A DNA stretch of 23,690 nucleotides from Nanobdellota archaeon (GTDB lineage Archaea; Nanobdellota; Nanobdellia; Pacearchaeales; GW2011-AR1), in assembly GCA_018898425.1 (NCBI GenBank), contig JAHIHG010000066.1:1-23690 (forward strand). Reading direction: 5' to 3'. The first letter of the stretch is position 1. Each line of letters starts with the position of its first letter. The position numbers and the translations under genes were made by a program. This document shows, one piece after another, positions 16,594 through 22,029 of this stretch. The notes below the pieces were generated by a model that saw nothing but the letters and a program-made list of their open reading frames with translations, made no database searches and had not been told where the DNA came from.

Positions 16594-17316
16594 ATGGAAA
16601 ATATAAAAAAAGCTTTTAGTAAAGTAAAAGAAGATATGATCTCTTTGAATTATGAAATTAATTCTTTAAAAAAGAATATTATAGAAAACAGAGCAAAAAT
16701 GATAGAAATGTGTGAAATTCTTAAGCAATTAAATGAAAAAATAATTCTTTTATCTGATAAAAAAGAAACTAAAGAGGACTTAGACACTTCGACAGACAGA
16801 CAGATAATTCAGACAGACAGACAAATACTTTCGACACATAATGAGCTTTTTAACCCTTTAAAACACCAAAATATACCTATTTCCATTGGAAATGAAGGGG
16901 CTTCGACAGACAGACAGACAGACACTTCGACAGACAGACAGACACAAAATATGCCTAAAAATGAAGAAAAAAGCTATATAAGAGATGCTTTAGATATTAT
17001 AAATTCCCTAGATGATTTAAAAAAAGAAATGAGGTTTAAATTTAAAAGACTTACAGAGCAGGAATTTTTAGTTTTTTCAACAATTTATCAATTAGAAGAA
17101 ACTATCAATAAGGAAGATTCTTTGAATTACAGGGTTCTTTCTGAAAAACTTAATTTAACTGAAAGTTCTATTAGAGATTATGTCGGAAGATTAATAAAAA
17201 AAGGTATTCCCGTCGAGAAAAAAAAATTAAATAATAAAAACATAATTCTTTTTTTATCAAAAGATTTTAAAAAAATGATTTCTTTACCTACTCTTTTACA
17301 ATTAAGAGATTTATAA
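16594..17316 (+). CDS. coiled-coil / STDRQ-repeat / C-terminal winged-helix DNA-binding protein
   Basis: - N-terminal heptad-like segment: FSKVKEDMISLNYEINSLKKNI.
- Central (S)TDRQ repeats, encoded by (GACA)n DNA.
- C-terminal wHTH: LTEQEFLVFSTIYQLEE...LSEKLNLTESSIRDYVGRLIKKGIPV. Confidence 0.6.
   Translation: MENIKKAFSKVKEDMISLNYEINSLKKNIIENRAKMIEMCEILKQLNEKIILLSDKKETKEDLDTSTDRQIIQTDRQILSTHNELFNPLKHQNIPISIGNEGASTDRQTDTSTDRQTQNMPKNEEKSYIRDALDIINSLDDLKKEMRFKFKRLTEQEFLVFSTIYQLEETINKEDSLNYRVLSEKLNLTESSIRDYVGRLIKKGIPVEKKKLNNKNIILFLSKDFKKMISLPTLLQLRDL
16786..16944 (+). repeat. tetranucleotide (GACA)n tracts inside the CDS
   Basis: gaca x3.5 at 16791-16804, agac x3 at 16811-16822, gaca x5 at 16905-16924 and gaca x4 at 16929-16944. 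Three of these are preceded by cttc. Confidence 0.85.
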
Positions 17317-17381
17317 CTACATAAAATAAAGTTATTCGTTCAAAAGGATAACTCTAAGTAAACTTTTTCATTCTTTTTATT

Positions 17382-17408
17382 AAATATTTTATCGACGATA
17401 AAATATTT
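17382..17408. promoter_or_regulatory. 27-nt near-perfect palindrome (13-nt arms, 1-nt centre) between convergent wHTH genes
   Basis: aaatattttatcg-a-cgataaaatattt. Related TCGACGATAAAA-type copies occur at 17957-17970, 18174-18190 (inverted) and 18377-18388 (partial). Confidence 0.5.
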
Positions 17409-17524
17409 TTTAACTTAATTTTTAATTCTCTATATTTTTCTTTTTATCTTTAATTCTCACATTTTCCCTATTAAATGTAAAAATATGTTTAACTCTCACT
17501 TTTAGTGTTTTAATACGGTCTTTT

Positions 17525-18136
17525 TTAGTCTTTTTTAGTCTTTTTTCTTAACTTAACACTCACTTTTGGCTTTTTAAGCATCTGTTCCTTTACACTTTCA
17601 GGTATAAAAATCCTTTTTTTACCATTTTTCTCTATTTTCTCTTGAATTAAACCCTCACTTTTCTGTTTTATACTATTTATTTGGCCTCTTATAGTAGATC
17701 TCTCTTTCCCCAGTACAGCAGCTAAATCATCATAGCTAAGCTTCATATCACTGTTTAACAAGATCCATAAAATAGCTCGTTCAGTTATAGAAAATTGCTC
17801 TAATTTTGGTGTTTGGACAGCTGTTTGGACAGCTGTTTGGACAGCATAAACAGCTGTTTGTTTATTAAACAGCTGTTTAGGTGTTTTAAACACGCTGTTG
17901 GGTTTTAAGTCATTCATAATTGAAAATATATTTTTTAATCCTTCTATCTCATTTTGTATCGACGATAAAACCTCTTTTATCTCTTCTACTTCTTTTTTTT
18001 GCATATTTTTTTCAGAATCAAGGTGTTTAATCCACCCGCTTACAGCAGTTATATCTTTTTTTACAGATTCAAAACTTGTTTTTGTATCGTCTTTTAACTT
18101 TTCAATCTCTTTTTTTCTTTTAAACAAACCAAACAT
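17525..18136 (-). CDS. coiled-coil / TAVQ-repeat / C-terminal winged-helix DNA-binding protein (same architecture as 16594..17316)
   Basis: - N-terminal coiled coil: FESVKKDITAVSGWIKHLDSEK...EIEGLKNI.
- Central repeat: TAVYAVQTAVQTAVQT.
- C-terminal wHTH: ITERAILWILLNSDMKLSYDDLAAVLGKERSTIRGQINSIKQKSEGLI. Confidence 0.6.
   Translation of the reverse strand: MFGLFKRKKEIEKLKDDTKTSFESVKKDITAVSGWIKHLDSEKNMQKKEVEEIKEVLSSIQNEIEGLKNIFSIMNDLKPNSVFKTPKQLFNKQTAVYAVQTAVQTAVQTPKLEQFSITERAILWILLNSDMKLSYDDLAAVLGKERSTIRGQINSIKQKSEGLIQEKIEKNGKKRIFIPESVKEQMLKKPKVSVKLRKKTKKD
17811..17875. repeat. 12-nt tandem repeat (gtttggacagct x3) plus further AAACAGCTGTTT palindromes inside the CDS
   Basis: CAGCTG occurs at 17818, 17830, 17851 and 17870. 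A degenerate cacgctgtt lies at 17891. Confidence 0.85.
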
Positions 18137-18240
18137 GATTAATAATAAATAAAAGCACTTTAAAAACTTTTTGTTTTTCGTCGATAAAAATTGATTTTGT
18201 AATTTTTTAAAAAAATAAAAAAGATGTGTCGAAGACCCTG

Positions 18241-18256
18241 GATTTCATATGGAAAA
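18241..18256 (+). repeat. ORB-like box in the accessory-region intergenic space
   Basis: GATTTCATATGGAAAA, compared with oriC box 1 GATTTCCTATGGAAAA: 15 of 16 identical by eye. Confidence 0.55.
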
Positions 18257-18258
18257 AC

Positions 18259-18413
18259 CAGCTGTTTAAACAAAAAAATACTGACAAACAGCCTGTTTAA
18301 ACAGCCTTAAACAGCTGCCCAAGAGATAAATAATTACAAACAGCTGTTTAAAGTTTAATAGAAATTTAATTTTCTCCCTCGATAAAACTAACAAACAGCC
18401 TGTTTAAACAGCT
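18259..18413. repeat. iteron field: five copies of AAACAGC(C)TG(TTTAAAC)
   Basis: - cagctgtttaaaca at 18259-18272
- acaaacagcctgtttaaacagcc at 18284-18306
- aaacagctg at 18309-18317
- acaaacagctgtttaaag at 18336-18353
- acaaacagcctgtttaaacagct at 18391-18413. Confidence 0.8.
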
Positions 18414-18443
18414 TTAAGATAAAGAAGAACAATAAAATTATAT

Positions 18444-18465
18444 AACTAAGTTAACCTAAGTGCAC
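18444..18465 (+). repeat. 22-nt direct repeat R1
   Basis: aactaagttaacctaagtgcac. Confidence 0.85.
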
Positions 18466-18538
18466 GAACTACACTATAAAATAAAATTTATTAAAAAATT
18501 CACAAAAATTTATAAATTTACATTCTTATAGCACTTTA

Positions 18539-18823
18539 ATGAAAGAGGGGTTTCTACATTTTTTTACTGGAAAGGGCAGACGTTTTAAAAAAGAGTTCAA
18601 AAGACAGCTTAGAATTTTAATTCTTTTTACTTTAGGTTTTACAATTGCTTTTACCTGGCGTCAAACAGTTTTTGATCTTTCACAATCAATTATACAGTTT
18701 TTTATAGAAATAAAAAATATCTCTGTTTTGAGCATCTTAACATCAACTTTTATTACAATCATAAGCATAATTTTAATTTATTTAACATCTTACTATTTAA
18801 GAGATTGTCCTGAAAATTATTAG
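18539..18823 (+). CDS. small membrane protein (DUF5654-like), paralog of 2255..2521
   Basis: 94 aa. RRFKKEFKRQLRILILFTLGFTIAFTWRQ plus a C-terminal TM segment. A TATA-like tttataaa lies about 25-30 nt upstream. The ORF is flanked by R1 and R2. Confidence 0.6.
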   Translation: MKEGFLHFFTGKGRRFKKEFKRQLRILILFTLGFTIAFTWRQTVFDLSQSIIQFFIEIKNISVLSILTSTFITIISIILIYLTSYYLRDCPENY

Positions 18824-18839
18824 TCTTTTGTATCTAAAG

Positions 18840-18861
18840 AACTAAGCTAACCTAAGTGCAT
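18840..18861 (+). repeat. 22-nt direct repeat R2
   Basis: aactaagctaacctaagtgcat; 396 nt from R1. Confidence 0.85.
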
Positions 18862-18939
18862 AACTTTCAAATAAAAGCAATATTTAAAAAAATATGCTGG
18901 TACAGCAATCTTTATTAATCAAATTTAATTAATTTTTTT

Positions 18940-19266
18940 ATGGATATTCGGGATTATAAGGGAAAACCCCTAAAAATTAATAGCCTTTATTTAAATACAT
19001 CTTCAAGGAGTGTTGAATATCTTACAGTTTTCCCATTACATTGCCCAGAAGGCATATGCAAAGTTACTGAGTTATATGAAGATAAAAACAAAGAGAAAAT
19101 TCTTAAAATAACCTATGAAATAAATAATTCTTCATTATGTTTTAAAGGAGATTCAGCATATGATTTTGGGGCACAATTATTACTTTTAAATCAGAGAGAC
19201 AAAGAAATTTTAATCAAAGATAGAAAAAGAAAATTATCTTTTTTAGAAGGTAGTGAATTAAGCTAA
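18940..19266 (+). CDS. hypothetical protein (108 aa)
   Basis: Clean ORF between R2 and R3. Its last codons and its TAA stop lie inside R3 (gaa tta agc TAA cct aag). No recognisable family. Confidence 0.45.
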   Translation: MDIRDYKGKPLKINSLYLNTSSRSVEYLTVFPLHCPEGICKVTELYEDKNKEKILKITYEINNSSLCFKGDSAYDFGAQLLLLNQRDKEILIKDRKRKLSFLEGSELS

Positions 19267-19277
19267 CCTAAGTGCAC
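19256..19277 (+). repeat. 22-nt direct repeat R3
   Basis: aattaagctaacctaagtgcac; 416 nt from R2. Confidence 0.85.
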
Positions 19278-19391
19278 ACAATCTGTAAGAAAATCATAAA
19301 TAAATAAAAAAATCTTTAAAATTATATTAAAATAACCCCGCTGCTTTAAATTACACAAGTTTCTCCTACTTTTAACGCAATATTTATATAC

Positions 19392-19442
19392 TTAGGGCAC
19401 CCTAAATATACGTGAACTTGGTTAACAATACCCTAAGTTCAC
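19392..19442. promoter_or_regulatory. two adjacent palindromic sites related to R1-R3 (candidate recombinase binding or crossover sites)
   Basis: - Site A: TTAGGG-ca-CCCTAA at 19392-19405.
- Site B: GTGAACTTggttaacaataccctAAGTTCAC at 19412-19442. Its inner part (cttggttaac....cctaagttcac) parallels R1 (ctaagttaac-cctaagtgcac).
- Site B ends 16 nt before the operon ATG, which has a GAGG Shine-Dalgarno-like box. Confidence 0.5.
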
Positions 19443-19457
19443 ATTTTAAAGAGGAAA

Positions 19458-19934
19458 ATGACTATATTTTTTATATCTGGAGCAGAAGGTGTTGGGAAGA
19501 CAACAATATTAGGACATTTAATAAGAGAATTGCCGGATAAAGATATTCATGATTTTGATGAGATTGGAGTTCCAAAAAATCCTAAATTAAGCTGGAGATA
19601 TAAAACAACAAAACATTGGCTAAAAATAGCTAAGAATAATGAAAAAATTGGAAAGGATACAATTATTGTGGGATTAAGTTTTCCAAGCGAAATTATAAAA
19701 TTTTCAAAGAAAAAGAATTTTCATTTTTGTTTGTTTGATATTAGTATAAACGAGCGAGAAAAAAGATTAAGAAAAAGAAAATCTACAAAAGGAGTAATAG
19801 ATGATTTAGAACAATTAAAACAACTAAGGGAAGAATTTAAAAAATTAAAATCAAAAAAGATTATTAATATTTCTCATTTAACTCCTAAAGAAATTTCTTC
19901 AAAATTAATTAAATGGATTAATAGCTTAAAATGA
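19458..19934 (+). CDS. P-loop NTPase / small kinase-like protein
   Basis: Walker A ISGAEGVGKTT at the N-terminus. Its size and layout resemble nucleotide-kinase-like AAA proteins. Its TGA stop overlaps the recombinase ATG (ATGA). Confidence 0.65.
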   Translation: MTIFFISGAEGVGKTTILGHLIRELPDKDIHDFDEIGVPKNPKLSWRYKTTKHWLKIAKNNEKIGKDTIIVGLSFPSEIIKFSKKKNFHFCLFDISINEREKRLRKRKSTKGVIDDLEQLKQLREEFKKLKSKKIINISHLTPKEISSKLIKWINSLK

Positions 19935-20695
19935 CCCCAAACAAACCATTAGCAGCAATCTATGTCCGAGTTTCAACTCAAGACCAAGCTCAGCATGGAT
20001 ATTCCTTAAAAGCCCAACAAGAAGCACTAGAAAATTATTCTAAAGCATTGGGATATGAAATATTCAAAATATATAAGGATGAAGGAAAATCTGCAAAAAA
20101 TATGAACCGCCCACAAATGATTAAAATGTTAGAAGATGCTGAAAGCAAAAAGTTTTCAGCTATTTTTATTTATAAGCTTGATAGATTTTCAAGGAGTGTT
20201 GTGGATGCAATATTAACAATTGATAAATTAAAAAAATGGGGGATTGATTTTGTTTCAATGCAGGATAAGATAGAAACTGCATCTGCCACAGGAAAGTTAA
20301 TGTTCCATATGATTTCTGCCTTTGCAGAATTTGAAAGAAATATGATCGGAGACCGAACAAAATTTGGGATGGAAAGAAAAGTAAAAGAAGGAGGGTTTAT
20401 TACAAAAGCCCCAAAAGGATACAAACTTGTAGATAAGCAACTTGTTCCTAATGAGGATTCTGAAAATTTATCTAAAATTTTTGAAAAATTCTTTAATCAA
20501 AGCATAAGTTTAACACAATTAGCTAAAGAAAATAACATGACTGCTTCTGGTATGAAAAAATTACTCCAAAATACAACATATATAGGAAAAGTTAAATTCG
20601 CACATGAAGAGTCTCAAGGAAATCATCAGCCTATCTTATCTAAACAGCTGTTTGAACAGGTTCAAGATAAAATTAAACAGCTTGGATGGAGTTAA
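19931..20695 (+). CDS. serine recombinase (resolvase catalytic domain plus recombinase domain; no zinc-ribbon/coiled-coil C-terminus)
   Basis: - Catalytic domain: AAIYVRVSTQDQ (catalytic Ser motif), DEGKSAK, KLDRFSRS, AEFERNMIGDRTKFG.
- Recombinase-domain pattern: Y.GK..F.....QGNHQPILS..LF..VQ.
- It is only 254 aa long. Confidence 0.9.
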   Translation: MTPNKPLAAIYVRVSTQDQAQHGYSLKAQQEALENYSKALGYEIFKIYKDEGKSAKNMNRPQMIKMLEDAESKKFSAIFIYKLDRFSRSVVDAILTIDKLKKWGIDFVSMQDKIETASATGKLMFHMISAFAEFERNMIGDRTKFGMERKVKEGGFITKAPKGYKLVDKQLVPNEDSENLSKIFEKFFNQSISLTQLAKENNMTASGMKKLLQNTTYIGKVKFAHEESQGNHQPILSKQLFEQVQDKIKQLGWS

Positions 20696-21253
20696 ATGAG
20701 AATTTTACCAAAAACTTTTAATGAGGCATTAAATTTGGTTTGCAATATTTTAATTCAAGGAGATTCTAGGTATAATAATTCTGAAAATGAAGTTTTCTTA
20801 GCCAACTCAATATTAAATGAAATAATTAATTTAGAGGAAAAAGAAATTCCAAAAATAAACAAACCAAATGAAAACAATTTATTGAAAATGGGTTATGTCC
20901 AAAAACATGAAAAATATGTGGCAAAAATACTTCTTAAACAAAATGGTTTTCAAGATAGCGAAATATTTTTTGAGAGGAGATTTAGGGGATCAAGACCTGA
21001 TGTTTTAGGGGAAAAAGAAGAGGCATTTATCCCAGTTGAATGCTGTTCATGTAGAATAGATAAAATCATTGACTATCTCCAAGAATCAGAAGAAGTTTGG
21101 ATTATAACAAGAGAATTTTGTAATGAAGAAATGAAATGGTTTGTTTTTAAAAAAGGATTAAATTGGCAGAGATATTCTAAAATTAAAAAAATACAACAAG
21201 AAAAACTAAAAAGAATTAAATCACCTTTAGATGATATCATGGGCAGAAAATAA
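20696..21253 (+). CDS. hypothetical protein, possible PD-(D/E)xK-like nuclease fold
   Basis: Starts immediately after the recombinase stop (TAAATG). The segment HEKYVAKILLKQNGF...RPDVLGEKEEAFIPVECCSC loosely resembles the E...PD...(D/E)x(K) layout of Hjc/restriction-type nucleases, but the Lys position is not conserved. Weak call. Confidence 0.45.
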   Translation: MRILPKTFNEALNLVCNILIQGDSRYNNSENEVFLANSILNEIINLEEKEIPKINKPNENNLLKMGYVQKHEKYVAKILLKQNGFQDSEIFFERRFRGSRPDVLGEKEEAFIPVECCSCRIDKIIDYLQESEEVWIITREFCNEEMKWFVFKKGLNWQRYSKIKKIQQEKLKRIKSPLDDIMGRK

Positions 21254-21286
21254 TCAAAATAAAAAGCCCAATAGATAGTTTATAAA

Positions 21287-21430
21287 ATGAAACTCAAAAA
21301 CCCAAAAGTTGTAATTTACTCAATTATTGCATTATTCTGCTTAGTTTTATCTTTTATAGTTGATTGGTTATTTATTATTCCTGCAGCAATCTTAATGTAT
21401 TTAAATCAAAAAGAATTAATGAAAAAATAA
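21287..21430 (+). CDS. possible 47-aa membrane peptide
   Basis: Manual read: MKLKNPKVVIYSIIALFCLVLSFIVDWLFIIPAAILMYLNQKELMKK*. It stops 1 nt before the next ATG. Confidence 0.3.
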   Translation: MKLKNPKVVIYSIIALFCLVLSFIVDWLFIIPAAILMYLNQKELMKK

Positions 21431-21431
21431 A

Positions 21432-21980
21432 ATGAAAACTAAATGTATAAAATGCGGATTTGAGTCAGAGGAAAATTTAGAGAAATTCAGAGTTCCTATA
21501 TGCAATATTTGTTTTAGATTTGCTCCAAATAGTGAAGATAAATTTAAAGAATATGTTTCTGAAAAAATAGAAAGTTTATGCTTGGATTCTTTTAGAAAAT
21601 TTTCTGAACTAGGAAATCCTCAAAAAAAAGCTATGATTAAAAAAGCCTCACAGGGAAATTTTATGTCAAGAGCAGCTTTTGGATATAAAATTCAAAATAA
21701 AAAATTAATTCTTGCTGAAAATTTTAGAGAAATTCAGGAAATTTTTGAAGAATTTTTAAATCAAAACATAAGTTTAACACAATTAGCCAAAAAACACAAT
21801 TTTTCTGTTAACGGGTTAAAAAAAATACTGACAAATTTTACTTATTTAGGTAAAATAAGATTTAATAATCAAATACATCAAGGGAATCATCAACCTCTTG
21901 TCTCTTCAACTTTGTTTAATCATGTACAAAACAAGCTTGAAAGATTAAAATCAAATAAAAATTGCAAAATAGAGGAATAA
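21432..21980 (+). CDS. Zn-ribbon protein carrying a recombinase domain paralogous to 19931..20695 but lacking the serine-recombinase catalytic domain
   Basis: - N-terminus: CIKCGF...CNIC (CxxC..CxxC).
- C-terminus: FLNQNISLTQLAKKHNFSVNGLKKILTNFTYLGKIRFNNQIHQGNHQPLVSSTLFNHVQNKL aligns with FFNQSISLTQLAKENNMTASGMKKLLQNTTYIGKVKFAHEESQGNHQPILSKQLFEQVQDKI.
- DNA 21759-21787 matches 20495-20523 at 28 of 29 positions. Confidence 0.65.
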   Translation: MKTKCIKCGFESEENLEKFRVPICNICFRFAPNSEDKFKEYVSEKIESLCLDSFRKFSELGNPQKKAMIKKASQGNFMSRAAFGYKIQNKKLILAENFREIQEIFEEFLNQNISLTQLAKKHNFSVNGLKKILTNFTYLGKIRFNNQIHQGNHQPLVSSTLFNHVQNKLERLKSNKNCKIEE

Positions 21981-22029
21981 TAAAACTTGAGTATAAAAAC
22001 ATTTTAATAGTGTTTTTGCATTTAGAATT

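Noticed and set aside
17518-17547. 10-nt tandem repeat gtctttttta x3 at the 3' end of the gene at 17525..18136
   Set aside because: It overlaps the Lys-rich C-terminal codons (KKTKKD) and the stop. It is likely a local duplication or an oligo-T terminator region, and is mentioned only as context for the convergent gene pair.
18444-19277. The three 22-nt direct repeats as a CRISPR array
   Set aside because: - The spacing is about 400 nt rather than about 30-40 nt.
- Each interval contains a promoter and an ORF.
- There are only three copies, and no cas genes are in the window.
19931-20695. The serine recombinase as an IS607-family transposase
   Set aside because: IS607 TnpA proteins carry an N-terminal MerR-like HTH before the catalytic domain and usually pair with a TnpB-like ORF. 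Here the catalytic Ser motif is at the extreme N-terminus, followed by a large-serine-recombinase-type recombinase domain, and no tnpB-like gene is present.
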